Positions 13,196-26,770 of a stretch of 64,000 nt of DNA are shown here, piece by piece. Numbering within the stretch: position 1 is the stretch's first letter; each line of letters begins with the position of its first letter. A model generated the notes under the pieces. That model was not told the origin of the DNA. It was given only the letters and a program-made list of their open reading frames with translations, and made no database searches. This DNA comes from Macrostomum lignano (lineage: Eukaryota). The stretch lies in the NCBI GenBank assembly GCA_002269645.1, contig NIVC01002814.1, positions 62,001 to 126,000 on the forward strand, in the 5' to 3' direction. The position numbers and the translations under genes were made by a program.

Positions 13196-16100
13196 ATGGG
13201 CTGCTGCATCAGCACAGTGGCTTGCTGCTTCTGCAGCTCGGCCGCATCTCTCTGCTGCTCAGCTTGTCCTTCATGCCGCAGCTCAACCTCCACTCGGCTG
13301 ATGTACTCGCTGCTGTTCCTGCTGAGCACCATTCTGTCCTGCATCATGCTGGCTCCAGGCATGAAAACTCTTCTAGCCAAGGTGCCAGCCCTGTGCGACA
13401 CCTACAAGATCGACACGTCGATTGGCAAAATTGACACGGGCGTGAAGAGCGGCTTCAATTGCGATCTTGTGCTCGGATTTGGTGCGGTCTATCGGGTAGA
13501 GTTCGGAGCCACGGCATTCTTTGTGCTAATGGCCCTGCTCACTATTAAAGTGAGGCACAGCAAGTGAGTACGTTTGACTGTGTACTTTTAGAGTCGCATG
13601 ATTTTTATCTTTATATGCCCTTATTATCTCTGGTTGTCTTTTCCTTAAATTTCTCCTTTCCATCATCTCTTTGTCTCCCTTTCTTCATTCCTTCACCTCT
13701 CCCTTCCATCATCCCTTCAACTTCTTTTTCTTCATTCCATCATCCCTTCATGTATCCCTTCCATCATCCCTTCATCTCTCTCTTCCATCATCACTACATC
13801 TCTCCCTTTCATCATCCCTTCATTTCTCCCTTCCATCATCCCTTCATCTGTCCTTTCCATCATCCCTTCATGTATCCCTTTCATCATCCCTTCATCTCTC
13901 CCTTCCATCATCCCTTCATGTATCCCTTTCATCATCCCTTCATCTCTCTCTTCCATCATACCTTCATCTCGCCCTTCCAGCATCCTTTTATCTCTCCCTT
14001 CTATCATCCCTTCATCTCTCTCTTCCATCATCACTACATCTCTCCCTTTCATCATCCCTTCATTTCTCCCTTCCATCATCCCTTCATCTCTCCCTTCCAT
14101 CATCCCTTCATCTCTCCCTTCCATCATCCCTTCATATATCCCTTTCACCATCCCTTCATCTCTCCCTTCCATCATACCTTTATCTCGCCCTTCCAGCATC
14201 CTTTTATCTCTCCCTTCCATCATCCCTTCAGCTGTCCCTTCCATCATCCCTTCATCTCTCCCTTCCATCATCGCTACATCTGTCCCTTCCAGCATCCTTT
14301 TATCTATCCCTTCCAGCATCCCTTCATCTCTCTCTTCCATCATCACTACATCTCTCCCTTTCATCATCCCTTCATTTCTCCCTTCCATCATCCCTTCATC
14401 TCTCCCTTCCATCATCCCTTCATCTCTCCCTTCCATCATCCCTTCATCTCTCCCTTCCATCATCCCTTCATGTATCCCTTTCATCATCCCTTCATCTCTC
14501 CCTTCCATCATACCTTCATGTCGCCCTTCCAGCATCCCTTCATCTCTCCCTTTCATCATCCCTTCATTTCTCCCTTCCATCATCCCTTCATCTGTCCCTT
14601 ACATCATACCTTCATGTCGCCCTTCCAGCATCCTTTTATCTCTCCCTTCCAGCATCCCTTCATCTCTCCCTTCCACCATCCCTACGTTTCTTTTTATTAC
14701 CCATTGATTTCCTGTTCACCTCGAACCGGCCTCTCCCACCAGCAGCCAGTCACGAGATTTCCACCCCTCTCGCCCCAATGCACCTAGAGACATACGCGCC
14801 ACTCTGCACAACGGCTTCTGGTTCTTCAAACTGTTGGCCCTCATCCTACTGTGGGTCGGGGCATTCTTTATCCCGGCTAGCAGCGACTTCACCACAGTGT
14901 GGATGATCTTCGGCATGTGCGGCAGCCTGCTGTTCATCATCATCCAGCTGGTACTGCTCATTGACTTTGCTCACTGTTGGAATGAAAGATGGACAGAAGG
15001 CTACGAAGAGTCTGGCAGTAACTGGTACTACTGCGGCCTGCTGTTCTTCACCGTGCTGTTCTACTCTGCCGCTATTGCGCTCACTGTCCTGCTCTACGTG
15101 TACTACGGGGCTAATGGTGAGAGATAAAGGGATGGGGGCTGGCTTCCCTGAAGGGATGGGACCTGGCTTCCCTGAAGGAATGGGGGCTGTCTTCCCTGAA
15201 GGGATGGGGGCTGGCTTCCCTGAAGGGATGGGGGCTGGCTTCCCTGAAGGGATGGGGGCTGGCTGCCCTGAAGGGATGGGGGCTGGCTGCCCTGAAGGTG
15301 CAGGGACGGCTTCCTGAAGCGTCATAAGTAGCCTCCTGAAGCGCCATGAGTAGCTTCCTGAAGCGCCATGAGTAGCTTCCTGAAGCGTCACGAGTAGCTT
15401 CCTGAAGCGCCATGAGTAGCTTCCTGAAGCGACATGAGTAGCCTCCTGAAGCGACATGAGCAGCCTCCTGAAGCGACATGAGCAGCCTCCTGAAGCGACA
15501 TGAGCAGCCTCCTGAAGCGACATGAGCAGCCTCCTGAAGCGACATGAGCAGCCTCCTGAAGCCATGTGTACTCAATAATACCTCCATACATTCTCTACTG
15601 AATTAACGTTACCCTCCAAACCCGCAGCCCAATGCGTCACAAACCAAGCCCTCATCTCGGTGAATCTGATCTTCTGCATCATTGCCAGCGCCATGTCGGT
15701 GCTGCCGGCAGTTCAGGAGCACCAGCGCTCCGGCCTGCTTCAGGGCGGCCTCATCTCTCTATACGTGATGTACCTGACCTGGTCTGCAGTGAGTTCCAGC
15801 ACTCTGCCAGCCTGCAACCCGACACTCACGTTGAACAATTACACTCGGCACAGTCCCGAAGGTAGCAGTAAACACAGCGAGACCTCTGTCGGAGTGGGAT
15901 TCGAACTTCAGACTTGGGCAACTCTTGCCGTGTTCATTGTGGCCGTGCTGTACTCAACCCTGCGCACGTCGGCTCATAGCAGTGTCGGTCGATTAGACAT
16001 GAATGTAAGCTTTGAAATTATTTTGTGTTTCAAATTGTTTCATTCAAGTCCTATTGTGTTAATTGTTTATTTAATCAAGTTTTTCTTCAGTTTCAATTTG

Positions 16101-17420
16101 AAGTTTACTGTTTTTGCTTTGATTAATTTTTTAGACTCGGGATGGCATGGAAAATCCAATTCTTTTGGAGCCTGTTGAAGTAAGTTCCCAGCGTTTTAGC
16201 GAATTGGAAAGTATGAATTTTTGTTTGTCTACATTCTTATTCTGTTTTAAAACTCTTCTTTCCGCTATATTCTGACTTTGTGAGAACTAATACCCTGAGT
16301 ACCCTTTGAGTAGATACTCTGAGTACCCTTGAGTAGCTATCCTGAGTACCCTTGAGTAGCTATCCTGAGTACCCTTGAGTAGCTATCCTGAGTACCCTTG
16401 AGTAGCTATCCTGAGTACCCTTGAGTAGCTATCCTGAGTACCCTTGAGTAGCTATCCTGAGTACCCTTGAGTAGCTATCCTGAGTACCCTTGAGTAGCTA
16501 TCCTGAGTACCCTTGAGTAGCTATCCTGAGTACCCTTGAGTAGCTATCCTGAGTACCCTTGAGTAGCTATCCTGAGTACCCTTGAGTAGCTATCCTGAGT
16601 ACCCTTGAGTAGCTATCCTGAGTACCCTTGAGTAGCTATCCTGAGTACCCTTGAGTAGCTATCCTGAGTACCCTTGAGTAGATACCCTTAAGACTCTTGC
16701 GTAGCTACCCTGAGGACCCTTGAGTAGCTACCCTGAGTACCCTTGAGTAGCTACCCTGAGTACCCTTGAGTAGCTACCCTGAGGACCCTTGAGTAGCCAC
16801 CCTGAGGACCCTTGAGTAGCTACCCTGAAGACCCTTGAGTAGCCACCCTGAGTACCCTTGAGTAGCTACCCTGAGGACCCTTGAGTAGCTATCCTGAGTA
16901 CCCTCGAGTAGCTACCCTGAGGACCCTTGAGTAGCTATCCTGAGTACCCTCGAGTAGCTACCCTGAGGACCCTTGAGTAGCCACCCTGAGGACCCTTCTT
17001 TTAGTTTCTTTCAACTTAAACCCTTTCTTTTTTATCCAAACGACATTAATCTTTTATTTAAAAATAATTCCCCTGTCTCCTACTGACGAAAGTAGAACAT
17101 GGCGCTTATTAATCTCTTCTGTAAATTTACAGACTAATGACAATTCTAGCGGTCAGGACAAGGAAGGTCAAACCATTGTAAACGACGAAGAGGAATGCGT
17201 TACTTATAGCTACTGCATGCTGCACGTGATGCTGGCTCTGGCCTCGCTGTACGTAATGATGACCATCACTAACTGGTACAGCCCGAGCTCCAATCTGCAG
17301 ACTATGCAAACCAACAATGCCGCCCTGTGGATTAAGACGGTTTCATCTTGGCTATGCCTACTGTTGTACGTGTGGACCCTCTGGGCTCCCGTTGTACTTC
17401 AGGACAGAGATTTCTCGTGA
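13196..17420 (+). CDS. SERINC: Serine incorporator (SERINC/TDE family) multipass membrane protein (~453 aa)
   Basis: Exons 13196-13563, 14788-15116, 15628-16004 and 17133-17420 (1362 nt; phases 2, 1, 0 consistent). Cys-rich N-terminus MGCCISTVACCFC...STSTRLMY. Family motifs IRATLHNGFWFFK, LVLLIDFAHCWNE, RSGLLQ, VTYSY, MMTITNWY and WTLWAPVVLQDRDFS. Confidence 0.96.
13690..14690. repeat. Pyrimidine-rich 24-bp minisatellite, SERINC intron 1
   Basis: Unit ccttccatcatcccttcatctctc with variants. Confidence 0.95.
15126..15562. repeat. Two abutting minisatellites (24 bp, then 22-23 bp), SERINC intron 2
   Basis: gaagggatgggggctggcttccct followed by gaagcgacatgagcagcctcct; both share a cctgaag core. 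Confidence 0.92.
16290..16995. repeat. 23-bp minisatellite, SERINC intron 3
   Basis: Unit ctgagtacccttgagtagctatc. Confidence 0.96.
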
Positions 17421-17479
17421 AGAAAAGAAAAGGACTCTTTTTATTCGCAAAACTTTGATATTTTTAGTTGCTGTATCGT

Positions 17480-18350
17480 GTGATTGTCGTGTAGCCAATC
17501 AGCGACGAGATGGGGTTGAGGGAGAAGTTAGGGTCAGCCGACGAGTCTAGAATTTCGGCCAGCCAATCACCGACGAGAATGGGTTGGGGAAGAAGTTAGG
17601 GTCAGCCAACGAGTGAGTCTAGAATGTCAGCCAGCCAATCAGCGACGAGAATGGGGTTGGGGAAGAAGTCAGGGTCAGCTGACGAATCTAGAATGTCGGC
17701 TAGTCAATCAGCGACGAGATGGGGTCGGGGGAGAAGTTAGGGTCAGTCAGCTGACGAGTCTAGAATGTCGGCCACCCAATCAGCGACGAGATGGGGTTGG
17801 GGGAGAAGTTAGGGTCAGCCGACGAGTCTAGAATGTCGGCCAGCCTATCAGCGACAAGAATGGGTTGGGGGAGAAGTTAGGATCAGTCAGCTGACGAGTC
17901 TAGAATGTCGGCCGGCCAATCAGCGACAAGAATGGGTTGGGGGAGAAGTTAGGGTCAGTCAGCTGACGAGTCTAGAATGTCGGCCAGCCAATCAGCGACA
18001 AGAATGGGTTGGGGGAGAAGTTAGGGTCAGTCAGCTGACGAGTCTAAAATGTCGGCCGGCCAATCAGCGACAAGAATGGGTTGGGGGAGAAGTTAGGGTC
18101 AGCCGACGAGTCTAGAATGTCGGCCAGCCAATCAGCGACAAGAATGGGTTGGGGGAGAAGTTAGGGTCAGTCAGCTGACGAGTCTAGAATGTCGGCCAGC
18201 CAATTAACGACTAGAATGGGGTTGGGGGAGAAGTTAGGGTTGGCTGACGAGTCTAGAATGTCAGCCGGCCAATCAGCGACGAGATGGGTTGGGAGAGAAG
18301 TTAGGGTCAGCTGACGAGTCTAGAATTTCGGCCAGCCAATCAGCGACGAG
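17480..18350. repeat. ~59-63-bp minisatellite downstream of the SERINC stop codon
   Basis: Unit agccaatcagcgacaagaatgggttgggggagaagttagggtcag(tcag)ctgacgagtctagaatgtcggcc, ~14 copies. Confidence 0.93.
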
Positions 18351-19399
18351 TGTATTGTGGTTTAAATGAATGTACTTTTACATTTTACTTTTCAATAAAC
18401 ACTCAAATTGAGTGAAAGATATTGTTTTAACGTCAGCAAAATGGAAGTTCAAAACATGTTAACATCGAAATAGTCATTCTAAAGCGATTATGTTTGTATT
18501 TTCTGAAACCATTCTTCAATGATAAAAGTCATAAAATATCAATATTACTAACAATTTTATCGCGAATATTATTATGTTTTTAAGTTTCAATGCTTCTGCC
18601 GCTTCTAGTCCCTTTTATTTTTTAGTTGCAAAAACCCTAGCTTTTTACCTGCTTTTGTGTTTACAGCAACTAAAGATTTAGAAAGACGTTGTATTTTTGT
18701 AGCCTGTATGCGCAGTTATTATCTTATACGTTAGTCAGTCCAATCAGTCTTTGTTCGTGTAATCCCCCCCTATCACGTTTTCTACTCTTTGTTTTATAAT
18801 TATCACCTCTGTTATCGGGAAAACAAGTTCCCACAATTTCATGCCTGCGTGTGAAGCAAGCAGCTTTAATGATCCAACTTTTGCTATTCCTCTGTCAGAC
18901 CCCTGCTTGATTGGCGTGTCTCGTTAGTTAGCCCACACACCTGCACGAATTTCTGATAGCTTTTTATTGCACCCTGAGAAAAAAACGGGTTATTTCTGTT
19001 TTATAAATACAGAACTACTAACTATATTATCGACCTGAGATAAATTGTTGGATTATGCGTTTTTAGATTACTTGAATTTACTTCTACATTATTTGCAGCA
19101 GCAGTTCTATAGTTCTAGTCGTGCCCCTAATCAATAAATATTGATTTTATAGATTTTAAGTCAACGCCAATAGACTGGCAAGTGTTCAGAAAAGTCTTCG
19201 AATAATAATAAGTTTGTTATTGTATGTAGGTTTAGAGATAGTAAATATGCGATTTAAATATTAATTATTCTGACAATATTCTCTCAAGTAGCTTATGGGC
19301 GATAGCGATGGGTATTAGAATCTTTAAATGTACTTGCGCATAAAAAACATACAGACATCTGGGGAAGAGGTACGTGTACTTGCAGCGTCACTCAGCAGA

Positions 19400-20425
19400 T
19401 AATCTGGTAGATGAAGCAGCGCTACCTACTAGAGAATCTGCTAGATGAAGCAGCGCTACCCACTAGAGAATCTGGTAGATGAAGCAGCGCTACCCACTAG
19501 AGAATCTGGTAGATGAAGCAACGCTACCCACTAGAGAATCTGGTAGATAAAGCAGCGCTACCCACTAGAGAATCTGGTAGATGAAGCAACGCTACCCACT
19601 AGAGAATCTGGTAGATGAAGCAACGCTACCCACTAGAGAATCTGGTAGATGAAGCAGCGCTACCTTACTAGAGAATCTGGTAGATGAAGCAGCGCTACCC
19701 ACTAGAGAATCTGGTAGATGAAGCAGCGCTACCCACTAGAGAATCTGGTAGATGAAGCAGCGCTACCTACTAGAGAATCTGGTAGATGAAGCAGCGCTAC
19801 CCACTAGAGAATCTGGTAGATGAAGCAACGCTACCCAATAGAGAATCTGGTAGATAAAGCAGCGCTACCCACTAGAGAATCTGGTAGATGAAGCAGCGCT
19901 ACCCACTAGAGAATCTGGTAGATGAAGCAACGCTACCCACTAGAGAATCTGGTAGATGAAGCAGCGCTACCCAATAGAGGATCTGGTAGATGAAGCAGCG
20001 CTACCCAATAGAGAATCTGGTAGATGAAGCAGCGCTACCCACTAGAGAATCTGGTAGATGAAGCAGCGCTACCCACTAGAGAATCTGGTAGATGAAGCAG
20101 CGCTACCTACTAGAGAATCTGGTAGATGAAGCAGCGCTACCCACTAGAGAATCTGGTAGATGAAGCAACGCTACCCAATAGAGAATCTGGTAGATAAAGC
20201 AGCGCTACCCACTAGAGAATCTGGTAGATGAAGCAGCGCTACCCACTAGAGAATCTGGTAGATGAAGCAACGCTACCCACTAGAGAATCTGGTAGATGAA
20301 GCAGCGCTACCCAATAGAGGATCTGGTAGATGAAGCAGCGCTACCCAATAGAGAATCTGGTAGATGAAGCAGCGCTTCCCAATAGAGAATCTGGTAGATG
20401 AAGCAGCGTTACCCACTACAGAGGA
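19400..20425. repeat. 34-bp minisatellite
   Basis: Unit actagagaatctggtagatgaagcagcgctaccc, ~30 copies. Confidence 0.97.
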
Positions 20426-20652
20426 CTTCGTGAATTTAACCGCTCCTAGAGGTGAACATGGAACGTATTCAGAGTCGACAACATAAAAAATTGGTGATGG
20501 TGATGAATAAACGTTTCTTACGGAGGCAGTGAGGAACGTGGAAACACCAGAGCTGTTATTAATACTACTACTATGACTAATTCTGACAATAGTACAGCCC
20601 TGAACTTATCAATATACAGGTTAGTCATCAAACGCAAATCGCTCGCGTGGCC

Positions 20653-21581
20653 TCAGAACCGAGTCGTCTCGGTCTCATAATCCGGCATCGGCTCCGGATT
20701 CCTGACCAGCAGTACGTCCGTGCTGTAGGCACTGCGAGTTGCTCCCATTGTCCGCATGTCCCACCACACTGTATTCCTGTTGGACGAATCTTCCTCTGCT
20801 GCCGCAGGCGAGGTTGACGACGGCGGTGGAGGCTGCGGCGCCTGACTTTTCAGTACCCGAGGCCCCGGAGACGGGGTAGCAACCGCACTAGCGGTAGGGT
20901 TAACATTGGCCGGCCCTGCAATGTGCTGCATGTTATTGTTGGGATGGTAAATCTTGGCATCCGTGTAGGTGAAGGTGTGCAAGCTCTTTCGGCTGGCCAG
21001 CTGGTGCGGCGACTGAGGCGGCGGCGGCTGCTGCTGCTGCGATGCAAAAGCGGTCGTTGGTGTTGAGCCTCCAGAATGCCTGCGCTGCCTCTGCTGCTGC
21101 TGTTGCTGTTGCTGCTGCCAGTAGGTCTGATTTCCTGCCCAGCGTTGCTGCTCCTGCTCAGGTAGTGGCTTCCGACTCTTGCGTCGGAACAGGTTGGTAA
21201 GTCGGCCCTTGAGTGTGTGACCGCCGCCGCGGTGGCCGTCGCCTCCTGCTTGTTGACCTGGCATATACAGACTGCGCCTACTGTCTGACGAGAACTTCCT
21301 TGAAAGACTTCCATTATTGACCGCCCATGGCTGCGGCTGCTGGCTCAGCGGTCGAGGCGTTGGAGCAAACAGATTTGTCCTGCGGCTGGTGCTGTCCGGC
21401 TCTTTCGCTCTGGTGTACACTGTTTGGTGCACAATCGTGGCGGCACTGCTGGCGCTTGCGGCGCGTTCCGGCGGCTTCGCTGACGACTGGTGCTGCGTCA
21501 GTGGCGGCGGCGGCGGTGGCGGCGCCTTGTTTGGCATGTAGGCGGTCCTTCGCTGCCGCGGTTGCTGGTCAGTGAACTGCT

Positions 21582-21616
<35 letters not shown>

Positions 21617-21807
21617 GAGTCGGTGACTGTGCCCCTGACCATCCGGCTCGCCTGTCCTCGAAGTCGAACGTCGGCAACTTCGCTACCGCCGTCGCTGCTG
21701 CTCTCAGCACCAAAGCTTATGGAGCTGACAACCTCTTCTAGGGCCGGGTGCTTCGGCTGCTGCTGCTGCGGTGGAACAGGCGCTTTGGCTAGCTTTCTCG
21801 CTGCCAT
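20653..21807 (-). CDS. Uncharacterised Q/P/S-rich protein (384 aa; single or terminal exon)
   Basis: A 1.15-kb GC-rich stop-free ORF with polyQ tracts and codon usage like neighbouring exons (CAG runs). No recognisable domain. It may have upstream exons. Confidence 0.65.
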
Positions 21808-22779
21808 TGCGTCTTAGAATTGTCCAAGTAGATTCACTGCAAACCAGCGGCAGTGGGTCCAAAAAAGACCCAGCGAGCAACTAAGGGCGCGGGTCTGTGG
21901 GCGTATTCTCTTGCTTTTCTAATTGTTTCACGAAAATTTATATTGTTCCAGTGTCTGTGCCAAAAAGGTTGTCTCGGATTTTTGTGGCGAAGATAAGGGC
22001 GATGGAGAGGCAGAGAAGCTTGGGTCTTGAGGCTGGAATGGGTGGGACGGCTATGTGCTCGGATCCACCCACACAGCTCTGGGCTCCTGAGACCATGAAT
22101 AGAAGAAAGAGAGAGAGACGGCTCACTGTCTTGTACCTTCTATCTCTTCTCCAGTTGTCCATCTCCATTGTACTAAGCTGCGTATGACTCATTGTCCAAC
22201 TGCAGGTTTGGGACGAGATTTCGCGCTCAGATGCTTGGATAAGGCGCGGTTAAGACCACAATGGGAGCAACCCTATAGCGACTGTCGCATTGAGGGGGGG
22301 GGGGGTCCGCCGCCACTGCGTATTGCGCGATCGACCTTGCCGCGACATCGAAGGCACGCCTAAAAGTACATAGCGTATAGGTCGGGCAGTTAATTCGCAC
22401 ATTCACTCACTAATTCACTCAACAATTCATTCCTTCACTTTTTTATTCACTTACTCGTTCACTCACTTATTCTTTGCTCTTAACCCCACAATAAGTAAGG
22501 ACTAGTCTGTCTCATCCTATAATTTCTAATGTCCCAGCTGAAATACCCACCAGTCCATGCCGATAGCGTTGTTAAAAGTCTAACTTTCTTCCCCATTGCT
22601 GTCTAGACTAGGAAGAGCCCTCGCGCATCAATCAGTCAGTTTTTCTGATCTTCCAGTCCCTTTAATTTATGAGTTAGACTGCAGACGAAAGTCGCTTGCC
22701 TGACTGACTCACACGGTGAGGTGTTGACTCACTGAGTGCACTTTAATACTAAACCCCTCAGCGGTATACACTCTGATCT

Positions 22780-23575
22780 ACATCTGATCTACCTCTGATC
22801 TACCTCTGATCTACCTCTGATCTACCTCTGATCTACCTCTGATCTACCTCTGATCTACCTCTGATCTACCTCTGATCTACCACGGATCTACCTCTGATGT
22901 ACCTCTGATCTACCTCTGATCTACCTCTGATCTACCTCTGATCTACCACTGATCTACCTCTGATGTACCTCTGATCTACCTCTGATCTACCACGGATCTA
23001 CCTCTGATGTACCTCTGATGTACCACGGATCTACCTCTGATCTACCTCTGATCTACCACGGATCTACCTTTGATGTACCTCTGATGTACCTCTGATCTAC
23101 CTCTGATCTACCTCTGATCTACCACTGATCTACCACTGATCTACCTCTGATCTACCTCTGATCTACCACGGATCTACCTCTGATCTACCTCTGATCTACC
23201 TCTGATCTACCTCTGATCTACCTCTGATCTACCTCTGATCTACCTCTGATCTACCTCTGATCTACCACGGATCTACCTCTGATGTACCTCTGATGTACCA
23301 CGGATCTACCTCTGATCTACCTCTGATCTACCACGGATCTACCTCTGATCTACCTCTGATCTACCTCTGATCTACCACTGATCTACCTCTGATGTACCTC
23401 TGATCTACCTCTGATCTACCACGGATCTACCTCTGATGTACCTCTGATGTACCACGGATCTACCTCTGATCTACCTCTGATCTACCACTGATCTACCACT
23501 GATCTACCTCTGATCTACCTCTGATCTACCACGGATCTACCTCTTATCTACTTCTTATCTACCTCTGATCTACCT
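22780..23575. repeat. 11-bp minisatellite
   Basis: Unit tctacctctga with acgga/actga variants. Confidence 0.96.
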
Positions 23576-24019
23576 CTCGTCAACTTTTCACCAACTTCTT
23601 AACAACCTCTCGTATGCATCTTATCTCCCTCTAATCTACCTGCAATTCTACCCTCATCAAAGCATAAAATTTTTGTCTCACAGTGGCATACAGTGCAACT
23701 CTACAGCAGCCATTTGCTGCTCACCTCATCTTTCCTCTCCTTCGCTGAGAGTTTTATTACAAATAAAAGTTAACAAATAGAGCAGATTTACAATAGCATG
23801 CCGTGAGACTTGTTTTACTTGAGTGCCTCATTTGGTCTGAGAAATTTTCGGTTATATTCTTTTCTCCTTAGCATCGTTTTAGCTGACTGAGTACAAGTGG
23901 CCACTTTGTGAAAAATGAAATGAGTTTTACTGGTTGTAGCTTTGCGCTTGCAAATGAATGAATAAAAATTAGAAAGAGACCCTTTGCTTTGGTAGAAATC
24001 TGTCAACGTCGAATGTAAT

Positions 24020-24900
24020 GTACCATGTGTCTCATCATGTGTCTTTTCATGTCTCTCATGTGTCTTCTTGTGTTTCCCTCCCCCATGTCTCTCATGTGTC
24101 TTGTGTCTTCTTATGTGTCTTATGTCTTCTCATGTCTCTCATGTCTCTCATGTGTCTCATGTCTTCTCATGTCTTTTCATGTCCTTCATGTCCCTCATGT
24201 CTCTCATGAGTCTCATGTCTTCTCATGCTTTTTCATGTCTTCTCATGCTTTTTCATGTCCTTCATGTCTCTCATGTGTCTCTCATGTCTCTCATGTGTCT
24301 CTCATGTCTCTCATGTCTCTTATTTCTCTCACGTGTCTCTCATGTCTCTCATGTCTCTCATGTCTCTTATTTCTCTCACGTGTCTCTCATGTCTCTCATG
24401 TCTCTCATGTCTCTCATATCTCTCTCGTGACTCTCGTGTATCTTCTTATGTCTCTCATATGACTCACACGTGTCTCATGTGTCTTCTCATGTGTCTCATG
24501 GGTCTCATGTCTCTTATGTGTCTTATGTCTTCTTATGTGTCTTATATCTTCTCATGTCTCTCATGTGTCTCATGTATTCTCGTGTCTTTTCATGTCCTTC
24601 TTCATGTCCCTTATGTCTCTCATGAGTCTCATGTCTTCTCATGCTTTTTCATGTCCTTCATGTCTCTCATGTGTCTCTCATGTCTCTTATGCCTCTCACG
24701 TGTCTCTCATGTCTCTCATGTCTTTCATGTGTCTCTCATGTGTCTTCTCATGTGTCTCATGTGTCTCATGTCTCTCATGTGTCTCTCATGTATCTTATGT
24801 GTCTCTCATGTCTCTCAAGTCTCTCATGTCTCACTCTTCTAATGTCTCCCAAATGTCTTCTTCTCACATCTCTCCCAGCTTTTATTTCTCCGATCTCTCT
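24020..24900. repeat. Degenerate 9-bp-based (catgtctct) low-complexity array
   Basis: Repeated catgtctct/catgtgtct; explains the many spurious MSL/HVS ORFs. Confidence 0.93.
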
Positions 24901-25399
24901 TCTCACCCTCTCTTCTCATTCGCATACTAAAATATGCCTTTAAAATGAATCAGTGAAAAGGATTCTGGCAAGCAAGTTATGGCAAGCATGCTTAGTTTTT
25001 GAGCAGTAGTGCTATTTTTTAGGCAAAATCCAGCTACTCATACTACTGAATTTACTTCCGATGAAATAATGCTCAGAGCGAGGCAGTTGAAACGCAAAAG
25101 ATTCGGTTTTTTATGCTTTTTTACAAATGAGTTAATAAAACTGATTTTTTTAAAATGAAATAGGCCGAACAATGGGATCTTGGTAATAATATTAATAATA
25201 TACAACGAAAATGACTTATAACTACAGGTAAATATTACGGGGAGTATGCCAGTTAATGATGAGAACATAAGCAGATATCCGTAATGTAATATTGATGCTA
25301 TTAAAATGTGATGAACAACTAATTACTCTGATGCAGTCATGCTTGTCCTGTGTTGCTGCATTTTAATGACAAGGGGAGCAATGTTTATTAGGCCTCGAG

Positions 25400-25625
25400 A
25401 GGTCAGTTGATCCCATACTGAGAGTCTGGAAGGTCAGTTGAACCCCTACAGAGGCTGGGAGGTCAATTGACTACCTACAGAGGTTGGGAAGTCACTTGAC
25501 CCCTGCAGAGTCTGGGAGGCCCGTCCCTAGAGTCAGAGAGGTCAGTTGACTCCCTACAGAGAGTCTGGTATGTCAGTTGACTCCCTACAGATAACCTGAG
25601 AGGTCAGTTGACCCCTACAGAGAGT
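25400..25625. repeat. Degenerate ~28-30-bp tandem repeat
   Basis: Recurrent gaggtcagttgac(c/t)cctacagag...tctg. Confidence 0.7.
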
Positions 25626-26324
25626 CCCAGTGGTTTCATCGCAAAGCTATTGTGAAAATTTAGGGGTGGTGTTAATTTTTTGAGCCAAAGCCAATAAACA
25701 GCATGTTAAAGCCACATACATAGGAGTAACGCACACACTTAGGCTAATGAAAAAGTACATTGCAGAAAACGAGCAATAAATTATACCGATTGCACTCTAG
25801 CTGTGTAGGGTGGGAAAAATTTGACAAGAACATTTTAATAATCATAATTTTGAAGTGTTGACATAGTCAAACTGTTATTGACAACAGGCGCCTGCATTGA
25901 GATGGAAAACAGAAATGAATTAATAGAGTACAAACTTGGTGAAAGCTTGAGATATAAAGTACACAGTGTACTGTGACTCCGATCTGGCCTCACTGATAGC
26001 CGTCTTCAAGTTCGCCTTCTTCGTCATCTAGCGCAATATTAGCGCCTGACAGAGTGCGCGCCATCTGCGCCACCCAGCCTAGGATTGACTGGCGCCAGTT
26101 CTCGTCTCCCATCGCGCGCTCTCCCAGCAGGGGGTCGATTTCGGCGGTCCGAAGACTCAGACTTCGGTCTCGGCGAGTGTGGGAGAACAGTTGCTGCGGT
26201 GCGGGAGAGCGGGGTGTGAAATGACAGGTCTGCTTCTAGTTAAGGATCGGCAAACTCTGGACCGCAAAACACCTCTATCCGGCCCTCGGGTCCTTTGAAA
26301 CCTTTGACCGGGGTTTGTGTCTCT

Positions 26325-26770
26325 TCACAGCTCTCTCTCCTCTCTTCTCTCTACTCTCTCCTCTCTTCTGTCTCCTCTCTTCTCTCTACTCTCTTCTCTC
26401 TCTCCTCTCTTCTCTCTCCTCTCTTCTGTCTCCTCTCTTCTCTCTTCTCTCTTCTCTCTACTCTCTCCTCTCTTGTCTCCTCTCTTCTCTCTCCTCTCTT
26501 CTCTCTACTCTCTCCTCTCTTCTGTCTCCTCTCTTCTCTCTTCTCTCTTCTCTCTACTCTCTCCTCTCTTGTCTCCTCTCTTCTCTCTTCTCTCTTCTCT
26601 CTACTCTTTCACCTCTTCTCTCTACTCTCTCTTGCCTCCTCTCTCGCCTCTTCTCTCATTTTTCTTCTCTTTCACCTCTCCTCTCCTCTCCTCTCCTCTC
26701 CTCTCCTCTAATCTCCTCTTCTCTCCCTTTCTCGTCTCTCCTCTCCTCTCCTCTTCTCTTCTCTGTCTAT
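26325..26770. repeat. CT-rich microsatellite / low-complexity tract
   Basis: Almost purely C/T, with internal repeated sub-blocks. Confidence 0.95.

Noticed and set aside
13564-14906. 400-aa His/Pro/Ser-rich ORFs (HHPFISPF, SSLHLSLP, MMEGRDEG)
   Set aside because: They lie in SERINC intron 1 and come from a stop-poor 24-bp repeat that is open in several frames on both strands.
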